DNA from: an uncultured Acetobacteraceae bacterium
GTDB lineage: Bacteria > Pseudomonadota > Alphaproteobacteria > Acetobacterales > Acetobacteraceae
Direction of reading: 5' to 3'
DNA: 64,000 nt
NCBI GenBank assembly: GCA_964242575.1
Contig: CAXTCN010000012.1
Span: 3,204 to 67,203, forward strand
A program made the position numbers and the translations under genes. The notes below the pieces were generated by a model. That model was not told the DNA's origin. It saw nothing but the letters and a program-made list of their open reading frames with translations, and did not search any database. Shown one piece after another: positions 42,823 to 52,306 of the stretch. Numbering within the stretch: position 1 is the stretch's first letter; every line of letters begins with the position of its first letter.

Positions 42823-44394
42823 ATGCCGATCGTGCAGGCTGGGGCGCTGAACACCACGGCTTTGGTGGTGCCGGACCTTTACGTGCAGGTGGTGCCGCCG
42901 CAGAACCTCGTGCTGAACGGGGTGCCGACCAACGTGGTGGGCGTGGTGGGCGCGGCGTCGTGGGGGCCGACGCACCAGCCGGTGATCGTGGCGTCGATGG
43001 CGAACTACGCCCGCGCCTTTGGGCCGCTGGGTCCGCGCCGGCATGACATGGGCACCCAGGTGGCGACCGCGGTGCAGCAGGGCGCGCAGAACTTCCGCTG
43101 CGTGCGCGTCACCGACGGGTCGGACACGGCGGCGAGCTACGCGGTGTTCTATGCCGACGGCAACTACCCCCTGCTGCTGACGGCGCGCTACACCGGGACG
43201 GTGGGCAACGGGATCGGGCTTGGCATCGGGCCGGGCAGCGCGGCCGGGACTTGGCGGCTGACGCTCGGTTTGCCGGGTCAGGTGGCCGAGAGCTTCGACA
43301 ACCTGGCCGCGCCCGACCCGGCGGCGTTCTGGACCAACATGGCGGCGGCGGTGAACGAGGGCCAGGGCGCGCTGCGCGGTCCGAGCCAGTTGTGCGTCGC
43401 GAGCCTGGGCGGCGCCACCACGACGGCGCCGGCCGCGTTGAGCCGGCAGACCCTGCTGTCCGGCTCCGACGGGGCCGGGGTGCAGGCGGCGGACCTGGTG
43501 GGCCAGGACGGGCTGCCGCGGCGGGGCATGTACGCGCTGCGCGGCCAGGGCTGTTCGCTGCTGGTGCTGGCGGACGCGGATGACGCCGGGACCTGGACCA
43601 CGCAGGCCGGTTTCGCGCTTCAGGAAGGCTGCTACGCCATCCTGACCGGAGCGTCCGGGCAGGGCATCTTGGAAGCCATTGCGGCCAAGGCGGCAGCGGG
43701 GCTGGACAGCTACGCGGCCAAGCTGATGTTCGGCGACTGGGTGCACTGGTCGGACCCGGTGTCCGGCATGGTGCGGCTGGTCAGCCCGCAGGGGTTCGTG
43801 GCGGGGCGGCTGTCCAACCGCAGCCCGGAACAAAGCAGCCTGAACAAGCCGTTGTACGGCGTGGTGGGGACGCAGCGCGCGGGCGTGCCGGGCTCGGCGC
43901 AGACCAGCGGCTACAGCACGGCGGAATTGACGGCGCTGCTGGGGAGCGGGCTGGACGTTATCAGCAACCCGCAGCCGGCCGGGTCATTCTGGGGGGTGCG
44001 CGGCGGGCACAACAGTAGCTCGAACGCGGCCACCAACGGCGACAACTACACGCGCCTCACCAACTTCTTGGCCAGCACCTTGGCGGCGGGGATGGGGCAG
44101 TACGTGGGCCAGGTCATCACCGCCCAACTGTTCCGGCGCATCCGCAGCACGCAGTTGTCGTTCCTGCAAGCGCTGCTGGGCCAGGGCATCCTTGGCAGCA
44201 CGGACGGCGCGCAGCCGTTCAGCGTGGTGTGCGACACCAGCAACAACCCGGCCAGCCGCACCGGCCTCGGTTACGTGCAATCGGACGCGCAGGTGCAGTA
44301 CCAGGCGATCAACGAGCGGTTCATCGTCAATATCGAGGGTGGGCAGACCGTGCAGGTGACGCGGCAGACCTTGCCGGCTGGCCAGATTAATTAG
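42823..44394 (+). CDS. Contractile tail sheath protein
   Basis: The N-terminus ...VPDLYVQVVPPQ...GVPTNVVGVVGAASWGP and its size are typical of sheath proteins. Followed by a tube-sized gene. Confidence 0.8.
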   Translation: MPIVQAGALNTTALVVPDLYVQVVPPQNLVLNGVPTNVVGVVGAASWGPTHQPVIVASMANYARAFGPLGPRRHDMGTQVATAVQQGAQNFRCVRVTDGSDTAASYAVFYADGNYPLLLTARYTGTVGNGIGLGIGPGSAAGTWRLTLGLPGQVAESFDNLAAPDPAAFWTNMAAAVNEGQGALRGPSQLCVASLGGATTTAPAALSRQTLLSGSDGAGVQAADLVGQDGLPRRGMYALRGQGCSLLVLADADDAGTWTTQAGFALQEGCYAILTGASGQGILEAIAAKAAAGLDSYAAKLMFGDWVHWSDPVSGMVRLVSPQGFVAGRLSNRSPEQSSLNKPLYGVVGTQRAGVPGSAQTSGYSTAELTALLGSGLDVISNPQPAGSFWGVRGGHNSSSNAATNGDNYTRLTNFLASTLAAGMGQYVGQVITAQLFRRIRSTQLSFLQALLGQGILGSTDGAQPFSVVCDTSNNPASRTGLGYVQSDAQVQYQAINERFIVNIEGGQTVQVTRQTLPAGQIN

Positions 44395-44409
44395 CGGGAG
44401 GCGATTGGA

Positions 44410-44859
44410 ATGCCAGCGAATACATTCTCGACGGGCCGGGACTGCCAGCTTGTGGTGATCGGCCCGGCCGGCGCGGGCGGGCAGGCCGGGCAGCGGGTGG
44501 ACCTTACGCACGTCACCGGCTTCGACAGCCGGCAGATGACGCACCCGATCCGCATCGACCGCATGGACGGCGTGCATTTGGCAGCCGAGCTGCCGAAGGG
44601 CTGGGAGGGGCACTTCGAATTGGAGCGCGGCAGCCCGGCGGCGGACGACTTCATCTCCACGCTGGAGAACGCCTGGCACACCGAGGGGCGGCTCGCGGGC
44701 AGCACGCTGTATCAGTACATCAGCGAGAACGACGGCAGCACCAGCACCTACCAGTTCGAGGGCGCGGTGTTCCGCATGACCAACGCCGGGCAGTGGAAGG
44801 GCGACGCGGCGGTGCGCCAGCGCATGGAGTTCTTTGCCAGCCGCCGGAAGCGCATCTGA
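44410..44859 (+). CDS. Tail tube protein
   Basis: 149 aa, directly after the sheath gene. Confidence 0.65.
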   Translation: MPANTFSTGRDCQLVVIGPAGAGGQAGQRVDLTHVTGFDSRQMTHPIRIDRMDGVHLAAELPKGWEGHFELERGSPAADDFISTLENAWHTEGRLAGSTLYQYISENDGSTSTYQFEGAVFRMTNAGQWKGDAAVRQRMEFFASRRKRI

Positions 44860-45203
44860 TGCCGTTAACCAATGAGCAACCTTCGCAGGGCATAGTCTCG
44901 GCGGCGGCCCGGATATGGCGGGTCACGGACAAGGAAGGGCGGGTGCTGGAGGTGAAGCGGCCCGGCGCATTGGACCGGCTGCGGCTGTTCAAGGCGGTGG
45001 GGCCGGTGCTGGCGGAGAACGCGCGGTATGTCGGCTACGGCATGTTGGCGATGTGCGTGCAGTCCATCGACGGCGTGCCGGTGCCTGCGCCCGCGACGGA
45101 GGGGCAGTTGGAGGCTCTGGTGGACCGGCTGGGGGACGTTGGGCTGGTGGCGGTGGGCGACGCGCTGGACCCACCGGAGGGCGATACGCCGGGAAACGCT
45201 TAG
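44859..45203 (+). CDS. Tail assembly chaperone (G/gpE-type)
   Basis: Position between tube and tape measure. TGATG coupling with the tube gene. Confidence 0.65.
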   Translation: MPLTNEQPSQGIVSAAARIWRVTDKEGRVLEVKRPGALDRLRLFKAVGPVLAENARYVGYGMLAMCVQSIDGVPVPAPATEGQLEALVDRLGDVGLVAVGDALDPPEGDTPGNA

Positions 45204-45415
45204 GCGCGGACGGTGCCCGACCGGGGGACCGTGCCGCGCAACGGGCGCTGTCCCGCAATGCCGACTTGGTGGACCCGCTGGAATTGGTGCGCAACGGCGT
45301 GCCGTTCGACGTGGCGTTCAGCCTGTCGCCAGAAGACCGGCTGGTGTGGGTGGTGGTGATGGGTGAGCTGTCCGGCCGGCGATGGGATTGGGGCGACATG
45401 GCGTGGAACGAATGA
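44859..45415 (+). CDS. Tail assembly chaperone, -1 frameshift extension product (GT/gpE+E' type)
   Basis: A slip at GGGAAAC (45191-45197) joins the -1 frame, reading GKRLGADG...DLVDPLELVRNGVPFDVAFSLSPEDRLVWVVVMGELSGRRWDWGDMAWNE. Confidence 0.6.
45191..45239 (+). other. Programmed -1 ribosomal frameshift signal (slippery heptamer plus stem-loop)
   Basis: G_GGA_AAC lies in the zero frame two codons before the stop. After a 6-nt spacer, a stem GCGCGGACGGT / ACCGTGCCGCGC (45204-45214, 45228-45239) forms with a one-base bulge. Confidence 0.6.
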
Positions 45416-45608
45416 CGGAGGGCGCAATGCCATACGGCGCGGACAGCATCACCGTGCCGTTCGACGTGCCGGCGGGGATGCGCGGCCAGTCTAGCGGTCC
45501 TGCGGGACGGCGGCGGGATAGCGGCGCGGCGGCGGCGGCGGCGCGTCCGGCACGGGGCGGCGGCATGGCGCGGCTGCGGATCGTGGCGGGCGTGGACGGG
45601 AGGACGGC

Positions 45609-46703
45609 ATGGACGCGCAGGCAATCGGACAGCGGACGCTGACGCAGGCGGGCCGGGCGGCGGCGGTGCTGCACCCGGCGGCGCTGCAACGGGCGGCGCT
45701 GCGGGTGCGGGAGCCGGCGGGCCTGCGGACGCCGGGCTGGCGGCGCGGGCACCCGGTCGCAACCGGGGCATCGCGGGCCAGGAGCGCTCGCGTGGTGGTT
45801 GGGGCGGAGCCGGTTGAGGTGGCGATGCCGCCCGAGGTTGGCGTGGCCGCCCAGGCGGTGGCGCGGACGGCGGAGGCGGCGGTGCGCGCCGCGGCGGCGT
45901 GGCCACGCAACGAGGCCGCGCCGAGGCGTGCGGAGGATGCCGTGCGGGACCCGGTGCGCCGGGCCGTTGCGCCGTTGGCGCTGCGCGGTCCGGTGGCGGC
46001 GCGTCCGGACGCGACAGCGGACCGGACCAGCGCCGATGCGGCGGCGCGGGCGGAGTGGATGGCGGCGGACGTGCCGGGCGTGCCGGAGCTTGCCGCGTCC
46101 GGTTCCGCGCCAGCGATGGAGCGTGCGCTGGCCGCGTTCGCCGGGGCGGACCCGGTGGCGCGGCGGGCGGAGTTTGCCCGGTCCGGCACCGCCGCGGCGC
46201 GTGCTGCGGACATGCCGGCCACGGACGCGCCGGTGGCGGCGCGGGCGGATACGGCCATGCCACGGTGGCCGGTGCTGGCGGACGTGTCCCTGCCGCAAAT
46301 AATGGACGCCGCGGGCGCGCCGGCGTTGCGCGGGGATCTGGCGTTCGCCGGGCCGGTGGCGACGCGGACCCGCGCGGCATCCCGGGCGGACAGCTCTGGC
46401 GGCAGGTTCGAGGCGGACCGGCCGGGCGGTGATAATTTGGGCCGGACAGGCGCAAGCAGCCCTGGCGCGGACAGCTTCGCCGACGGCGCTGCGGGCAACT
46501 CCGGCGCGGACGGGTCCGATGGCGAGGCGGGCGAGCCGGCCTCGGACCAGGGGCCGAGCGGCGGCACGATAACGCTGGATGGCCGGCTGGTCGGGCATTG
46601 GCTGGCGGAGCGCATGGGCCGCGACGCTGTGCGGCCTCGGGCGGGGCTGACCGGGTTCGACGCCAAGCAAGCGCCGGCTTGGGGGCCGTCATGGATGTCG
46701 TAG
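45609..46703 (+). CDS. Putative tape measure protein (short)
   Basis: Ala/Arg-rich, 364 aa, strong GC3 bias, position after the chaperone. C-terminal GTITLDGRLVGHWLAERM. Confidence 0.5.
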   Translation: MDAQAIGQRTLTQAGRAAAVLHPAALQRAALRVREPAGLRTPGWRRGHPVATGASRARSARVVVGAEPVEVAMPPEVGVAAQAVARTAEAAVRAAAAWPRNEAAPRRAEDAVRDPVRRAVAPLALRGPVAARPDATADRTSADAAARAEWMAADVPGVPELAASGSAPAMERALAAFAGADPVARRAEFARSGTAAARAADMPATDAPVAARADTAMPRWPVLADVSLPQIMDAAGAPALRGDLAFAGPVATRTRAASRADSSGGRFEADRPGGDNLGRTGASSPGADSFADGAAGNSGADGSDGEAGEPASDQGPSGGTITLDGRLVGHWLAERMGRDAVRPRAGLTGFDAKQAPAWGPSWMS

Positions 46704-46727
46704 GCGCGGAACGCGAAGGAGGCTCCG

Positions 46728-47246
46728 ATGGTCGTGCTGGGTCCGGTGCTGTTCAGAGGGTTCGAGGTGCCGGAGCGGATCGCCCTCGGCGGCCGGCAGC
46801 GGCTGGCGGTGCACCGCTTGCCCGGCGGCGTGCGGGTGGTGGATGCGCTGGGCGGCGACGACGCGGAGATCGGCTGGACTGGCGTGATGGCCGGGCCGGA
46901 CGCGGCCGGGCGGGTGCGGCTGCTGGACGGGCTGCGGCAGGGCGGGCAGCAATGGCCGCTGGCGTGGGACGGCTGGCGCTACACCGTCGTGGTGTCGAAG
47001 TTCGAGGCCGCGACCAGCGGGCCGTTCTGGGCGCCGTACCGCATCCGCTGCACCGTGGTGTGCGAGGGCGAGCCGTCCATCATCGAGGCCGTGCTGGCGG
47101 TGGGCGCGCTGCTGGACCCCGGCATCGACGCGCGCATGGCGGAAGCGGGCGCGGGGCTGGACGCGCCGGGGCTGCCGGAGGTGTTGGCGTCGGCTGGCGC
47201 GCTGGCGCAGTTGGCGCAACTCCGGGTGTTTGGGAACATATCATGA
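46728..47246 (+). CDS. Tail protein, P2 gpU-like
   Basis: N-terminus MVVLGPVLFRGFEVP... and its size and position are as for gpU. Confidence 0.55.
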   Translation: MVVLGPVLFRGFEVPERIALGGRQRLAVHRLPGGVRVVDALGGDDAEIGWTGVMAGPDAAGRVRLLDGLRQGGQQWPLAWDGWRYTVVVSKFEAATSGPFWAPYRIRCTVVCEGEPSIIEAVLAVGALLDPGIDARMAEAGAGLDAPGLPEVLASAGALAQLAQLRVFGNIS

Positions 47247-47437
47247 ACAATCTCCGGGTCGTCACGGTCGTCGGCGGGAACCTGTTCCGGCTGGCTATGC
47301 TGCACCTGGGCGACGCCACGCAGTGGAACCGCATCGCCCGGCTGAACGGCCTGGATGACCCGGTGCTGGACGGCCTGATGACCCTGCGGCTGCCCCCGCG
47401 CGACGCCGGCGCCGGGGGCGGCGTTGAGCGGAGTTAG
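47243..47437 (+). CDS. Tail protein X-like (LysM-like)
   Basis: 64 aa: ...GGNLFRLAMLHLGDATQWNRIARLNGLDDPVLDGLMTLRLP. Confidence 0.6.
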   Translation: MNNLRVVTVVGGNLFRLAMLHLGDATQWNRIARLNGLDDPVLDGLMTLRLPPRDAGAGGGVERS

Positions 47438-48395
47438 GGCGCCGCGCCTCCGCGTGCTGGCGGACGGGGCGGAGCTTCCCGGCGTGCTGGCGGCGGACGT
47501 GTTCTCGCGCGCCCACCCGTGCGCCGACCGGTTCCGCATCAAGCTGGCCGGGCGGGACGCGGGCGTCGTGTCCGCGCCGGGCTTGCGGCTGGAGGTGCAG
47601 GCAGGGTTCGGCGAGGCGTGGACCAGCCTCATCACCGGCGTCGCCGACACCGTGCAGGCCGACCCGTTGCGCGGCACGCTCGACATCGAGGGCCGGGACC
47701 TGGCGGCGCTGCTGATCGAGGCGCGGGCCGGGGAGTTGTTCCTGAACCGCACCGCCAGCGAGATTGCGAACGAGATCGCCACCCGGCACGGCCTGGGCGC
47801 GGCGGTCACCAGCACCACCACGCCGGTCGGGCGTTACTACCAGGCGGAGCACGGCCGGCTGCTGCTGGGCCGCTCGCAGTCCGGCACCGAGTGGGACCTA
47901 CTGGCGAAGCTGGCGGCGCAGGAGGGGTTCGAGCTTGGGATGCTCGGCGACCGGCTGCTGTTCGGGCCGCGGCCCGACCTGACGCCGGCGCCCGTTTCGG
48001 TCACGGACTGCGTCGCGGTGGAGCTGGAGCACCAGCTCGGGTTGTCGCGCGGCATCGAGCTTACGGTGCAAAGCTGGGGTACGCATGACGCGGCGGCGGT
48101 GGTGGCGCGGCGCGGCCAGGGCGCCATCCGCTACCGGATCGTGCGGCCGAACCTGTCGGACGAACAGGCGCAGCGCATGGCGGAGCGGGCGCTGGCGGAC
48201 CTCATGCGGCACGAACGGACGGCCGGGCTGACGATGCCCGGCGAACTCAATCTGACCGCCTGGAGCCTGGTGGCGCTGCAAGGCGCCGGCGCGGAGTGGG
48301 ACCGGACCTACGCGGTGGCCGCGCTGGACCGGCATCTCGACGTGCGGCGCGGGTTCACCCAGGGCGTGCGATTACAAGGAGTTCCCAATGGATAG
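47424..48395 (+). CDS. Late control gene D-like tail/baseplate hub protein
   Basis: Size and position after X. ...FLNRTASEIANEIATRHGL... is typical of gpD. Confidence 0.65.
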   Translation: MSGVRAPRLRVLADGAELPGVLAADVFSRAHPCADRFRIKLAGRDAGVVSAPGLRLEVQAGFGEAWTSLITGVADTVQADPLRGTLDIEGRDLAALLIEARAGELFLNRTASEIANEIATRHGLGAAVTSTTTPVGRYYQAEHGRLLLGRSQSGTEWDLLAKLAAQEGFELGMLGDRLLFGPRPDLTPAPVSVTDCVAVELEHQLGLSRGIELTVQSWGTHDAAAVVARRGQGAIRYRIVRPNLSDEQAQRMAERALADLMRHERTAGLTMPGELNLTAWSLVALQGAGAEWDRTYAVAALDRHLDVRRGFTQGVRLQGVPNG

Positions 48396-48903
48396 CCTGC
48401 TCAACGCCATCCGCGGCCAGTCGGCGGCGCAGGACGCGGCCTGGGGCCAGCCGGCGTTCGGCGTCGTGACCTCGGTGGACCCGGCCGCCGGCACCGTGCG
48501 CGTGCAGTTGCAGCCAGAGGGCGTGCTGACGGGATGGCTGCCGGTGCTAAGCCCGTGGGTCGGCGCGGGATGGGGCATGAGCTGCCCGCCCAGCCCCGGC
48601 GACCAGGTTTTGGTATTGCCGCAGGAGGGCAGCGCCGAGCACGGCGTGGTGGCGGCGCGGTGCTGGAGCGCCAAGGCGCCTGCGCCGGGCACTCCGGTGG
48701 GCGAGCTTTGGCTGACGCACCGCAGCGGCAGCCACTTGCGGCTGCTGAACGACGGCACGGTGTCCGTGAAGGGCGACCTGCATGTCGAGGGCGACGTGTA
48801 CGACCGCCAGGGATCGTTGGACCGGTTGCGCCAACGATACAACCAGCACCGGCACGGCGACCCGCAGGGCGGCATCGTGAGCAAGACGGAACTGCCGGAT
48901 TGA
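48388..48903 (+). CDS. Baseplate assembly protein V (spike)
   Basis: AAGGAG RBS. GVVTSVDPAAGTVRVQLQPEGVLTGWLPVL...PGDQVLVL is an OB-fold spike motif. Confidence 0.75.
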   Translation: MDSLLNAIRGQSAAQDAAWGQPAFGVVTSVDPAAGTVRVQLQPEGVLTGWLPVLSPWVGAGWGMSCPPSPGDQVLVLPQEGSAEHGVVAARCWSAKAPAPGTPVGELWLTHRSGSHLRLLNDGTVSVKGDLHVEGDVYDRQGSLDRLRQRYNQHRHGDPQGGIVSKTELPD

Positions 48904-48916
48904 GGGGGGAACGCGC

Positions 48917-49285
48917 ATGGCGGACTTGGATCATGCCTGGGCCGGGGACGTGGCGGCCGGGCCGACCGGGGACTTGGCGACGGTGGAGGGCGGGCCGCTC
49001 GGCACCCAGCGCGTGCTGCGCCGGCTGTTGACCAACCCCGGCGACTACGTGTGGCACCCGGAGTACGGCGCGGGGCTGGGGCGGTTCGTCGGCCGGCCCA
49101 GCGACCCCCGGGGCATCGCGGCGCTGGTCCGGGCGCAGATGCTGCGCGAACCCGCGGTGGCGCGTGCGCCGGAGCCGGTGATCCTGGTGCAGAGCGACGC
49201 CGGCGGCACGCTCGCGGTGCAGGTCCGCTACGCCGACGCCGAGACCGCCGAGACGCGCACCCTCAACATCCAGCTTCCGGAGTAG
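48917..49285 (+). CDS. Baseplate protein W (gp25-like)
   Basis: ...RVLRRLLTNPGDYVWHPEYGAGL. Confidence 0.7.
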   Translation: MADLDHAWAGDVAAGPTGDLATVEGGPLGTQRVLRRLLTNPGDYVWHPEYGAGLGRFVGRPSDPRGIAALVRAQMLREPAVARAPEPVILVQSDAGGTLAVQVRYADAETAETRTLNIQLPE

Positions 49286-49289
49286 GCGC

Positions 49290-50390
49290 ATGGCATTGGC
49301 GTTGCAGGATTTCGCCGCCCTGGTGCGGACCCAGGCGGCGGCGGTCACCGGCTCGGCGCGCACGCTGATCGACACGTCGGTCGGCAGCGTGCTGCGCGCG
49401 GTGCTGGAGGCCAATGCCGGCGTCGCGCTGTGGCTGCAGTGGCTGATCGTCGAGGTGCTGGCGACCACGCGCGCCGCAACCAGCCGGGGGGCGGACCTCG
49501 ATAGCTGGATGCTGGATTTCGGCCTGGAGCGGCTGCCGGCGGAGCCAGCGCACGGTACGGTGACATTCAGCCGCGCCACGCCGGGCTTGGCCACGGAGGT
49601 GCCGGTGGGCGCGCTGGCGCGGGGCGGGGACATGCTGTTCCGCGTCGTGGAGGACGGCGGGCACCCGGCCTGGACCGGCACCGGCTACGCGCTGCCGGCG
49701 GGCGCCGTGTCGGTCGATGCGCCGGTGGCGGCGGTCGTGCCGGGCCGCGCGGGCAACGTGCGGGCAGGGGAAATCAAGCTGCTGGCCAGCGCCATCGCCG
49801 GCGTGGACCTGGTGACCAACGCGGCCGGCCTGACGGGCGGGCTGGACACGGAGGCGGACGACGCGCTGCGCACCCGGTTCAGCGTGTTCCTCGACAGCCG
49901 CAGCCGCGCCACGCTGGACGCGGTGGTGTTCGCCATCAGGGGCGTGCGGCAGGGCCTGGATTTCCGCATCCAGGAGCGCGTGGACGCCGCCGGCCAGCCG
50001 CGCGACGGGCACTTCACCGTGACAATCGACGACGGCACCGGCTTCCCGCCCGCGGCGCTATTGGCGGACGTGGCGCTGGCGATTGAACGCGTGCGGCCCA
50101 TCGGCGGCACCTTCAGCGTGCGCGCGCCCTTGGTGGTGCGGGCGGCTGTGGCAATGCGGGTGTCCGGCCCAGACGCGGCGCGGGCGGCGGTACGGGCGGC
50201 GCTCGGCGAGTGGATCGCCACCCGGCCCATCGGCGACGGGCTGGTGCTGTCCAAGCTCACCCAAGTCGCCCACAGCGCGCACCCGGCGGTGGTCAGCGTG
50301 TTCGGCCTCACCATCAACGGCGTGGCGGACGACCTCAGGGTGCCGCCGTTCGGCATGGTGCGCGCCAGCGGCATCGAGGTCACGGCATGA
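49290..50390 (+). CDS. Baseplate J-like protein
   Basis: 366 aa after W. ...TGGLDTEADDALRTRF... is the motif of J/gp47. Confidence 0.7.
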   Translation: MALALQDFAALVRTQAAAVTGSARTLIDTSVGSVLRAVLEANAGVALWLQWLIVEVLATTRAATSRGADLDSWMLDFGLERLPAEPAHGTVTFSRATPGLATEVPVGALARGGDMLFRVVEDGGHPAWTGTGYALPAGAVSVDAPVAAVVPGRAGNVRAGEIKLLASAIAGVDLVTNAAGLTGGLDTEADDALRTRFSVFLDSRSRATLDAVVFAIRGVRQGLDFRIQERVDAAGQPRDGHFTVTIDDGTGFPPAALLADVALAIERVRPIGGTFSVRAPLVVRAAVAMRVSGPDAARAAVRAALGEWIATRPIGDGLVLSKLTQVAHSAHPAVVSVFGLTINGVADDLRVPPFGMVRASGIEVTA

Positions 50391-50989
50391 GCGGCGCAGG
50401 GCCGGTCGGCGCGCCGGACGCGTCGCGCGTGGTCGGCAGCGCCATGGACATCAGCCAGCGCATCCGCGCGGTGCTGCCGGAACGCTGGTTCGCGGACGAC
50501 GCGCCGGTGCTGGACGGGCTGCTGGCCGGATTGTCATCGGCGTGGGCCGGGCTGCACGGCTTGCTGGCGGTGGTGCGGCGGCAATCGCGGCTGCTGACCG
50601 CCACCGACACGTTCCTGGACATGGCGGCGGCGGACCTGTTCGGCGTCCGCGTGGCCCGGCGGGACGGTGAGCCGGACGCGGACTTCCGCGCGCGCATCAT
50701 GAAGGCGATGGCGCGGCCGAGGGTGACGCGGGCGGCGATGCTGGCGGCGGTGGCGGACGCGGACGCCGAGCTGGTGCGGCTGTTCGAGCCGGGCCGCGCC
50801 ACGGACACCGGCGTGTACGGCGGGCCGGGGCTGGCCTGGAACGCGGCCGGCGGCTGGGGTTCGCTGGCGATGCCGCTGCAAAGCCTAGTGACGGTGCGGC
50901 TCAGTGGCGCGGACGCGGAAACGGTGCGGCTGGCGGTGGCCGACGCCGTGCCAGTGGGCGGCGCGGCCTGGCTGCGGTTCGAGGAATAG
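50387..50989 (+). CDS. Baseplate/tail protein I-like
   Basis: ATGA overlap with J; 200 aa. Confidence 0.5.
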   Translation: MSGAGPVGAPDASRVVGSAMDISQRIRAVLPERWFADDAPVLDGLLAGLSSAWAGLHGLLAVVRRQSRLLTATDTFLDMAAADLFGVRVARRDGEPDADFRARIMKAMARPRVTRAAMLAAVADADAELVRLFEPGRATDTGVYGGPGLAWNAAGGWGSLAMPLQSLVTVRLSGADAETVRLAVADAVPVGGAAWLRFEE

Positions 50990-51035
50990 CCCCCCCGCGC
51001 CTTCACCACCGGTTAATCAATTCAGGAGATAATGC

Positions 51036-52268
51036 ATGGATCGGCAGATCGTCTATCCCGGCTCGGTCCCGCTCGACACGGACCTGCTGCACATCCAGCG
51101 GCACGCGATGGCGGCGCTCGGCGTCTTCGCGCGTTGCGTGCTGGGGACGGAGCCGGTGGCGGACGGGTTCGATTGCGCGCCTGGCGGCGGCCTCAACGTC
51201 ACGGTGGGGCCGGGCAGCCTGACGGCGTTTGGGGTGATGGACGGCCTCGACTACGGCTCGTTGGCGGCGGACGCCTCGGGGCTGGTGCGGACCGGGGTGA
51301 ACCGGGACGCGGTGGCGTTCGCGGTCGGGCCAGCGCCGGGGGCAGGGCAGGCGGTGTGCTGGCTGGTCCAGGCGCGGCTGGCGGAGGCGGACGAGGGACC
51401 TATCGCGTTGCCGTACTGGAACGCGCAGGAGCCGTCGGCGCCATGGAGCGGGCCGGGCAACTCCGGCCTGGCGCAGATGACGCGGCGGGTGATGCGGGTG
51501 GCGCTGGACGTGAAGCCCGGCGCGCTGGCCGCCAGCGGCACGGAACAGCCGCCGGCGCCGGACCCGGGCTGGGTCGGGCTGCATCGCGTGACGGTGCGGG
51601 CCGGCCAGGCGGACGTGGCGGCGCAGGACATCGTGCGGCTGCCGGGCGGGCCGCAACTGGCGTTCCGCTTGCCGCAGCTCACGCCGGGGTTCAGCCGTCA
51701 GGAGACGTTCGCCACCAACACGGTCTGGCCGGTGCCGTCCGGGGTGCGGCTGGCGCGGGTGCGGCTGGTGGGCGCGGGCGGCGGCGGCGGTGGCGGCGAC
51801 ACGGGATACGGCGGCGGCGGCGGCGGCGCGGGCGGCTATGCGGAGGCCGTGGTCGGCTTGGAACCCGGTGCGGTCATGCCGGTCGTGGTCGGGCGCGGCG
51901 GCGCGGGCGGCGGGCCGAACGGCACCGGCGCCGGCGGCGGCGTCACGCTGTTCGGCGGCGGCCTGGTGGGCGCGTCGGCCGGGTTGGGCGGCGCGTCGGA
52001 CAACCCGGACAGCGCCGGCGGGCAAGGCGGCGTCGGCACCGGCGGGTTAATTCTACTACGCGGCGGGTTCGGGTCGGACAGGCCGCGCATCGCCTCTGCG
52101 CCGGCCGGGGCAGGGGGCGCGGGGGCGTTCGGCGGCGGCGGGCGCGGGGCCTACCTCGGCGGCGCGCCGGCGGACGGGCAAGCGCCGGGGTCGGGCGGCG
52201 GCGGGGGATACGGGCCGTCCACCACCGGCGGCTCCGGCGCGGCGGGACTCGTCATCGTCGAGTATTAA
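51036..52268 (+). CDS. Tail fibre protein with Gly-rich C-terminal domain
   Basis: AGGAGA RBS. MDRQIVYPGSVPLDTDLL fibre-type N-terminus. The C-terminal 170 aa are dominated by GGxG strings. Confidence 0.65.
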   Translation: MDRQIVYPGSVPLDTDLLHIQRHAMAALGVFARCVLGTEPVADGFDCAPGGGLNVTVGPGSLTAFGVMDGLDYGSLAADASGLVRTGVNRDAVAFAVGPAPGAGQAVCWLVQARLAEADEGPIALPYWNAQEPSAPWSGPGNSGLAQMTRRVMRVALDVKPGALAASGTEQPPAPDPGWVGLHRVTVRAGQADVAAQDIVRLPGGPQLAFRLPQLTPGFSRQETFATNTVWPVPSGVRLARVRLVGAGGGGGGGDTGYGGGGGGAGGYAEAVVGLEPGAVMPVVVGRGGAGGGPNGTGAGGGVTLFGGGLVGASAGLGGASDNPDSAGGQGGVGTGGLILLRGGFGSDRPRIASAPAGAGGAGAFGGGGRGAYLGGAPADGQAPGSGGGGGYGPSTTGGSGAAGLVIVEY

Positions 52269-52306
52269 AGTCGGCCCACAAATAACGATCCAGTATTGGA
52301 GGTTCC

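Noticed and set aside
45427-45642. 72-aa ORF (MPYGADSITVPFDVPAG...) between the chaperone and tape-measure genes, and a (GCG)n run at 45521-45545 that might indicate a frameshifted longer tape measure.
   Set aside because: Only the first ~20 codons look coding, and GC3 bias is lost afterwards. The tape-measure frame has a TAG at 45519-45521, so a simple one-base slip in the GCG run does not join the two cleanly. It is left unannotated.
44989-46692. 567-aa and 450-aa minus-strand Pro/Arg-rich ORFs.
   Set aside because: They are mirror frames of the chaperone and tape-measure genes. Extreme Pro/Arg/Ala composition is typical of spurious ORFs in high-GC DNA.
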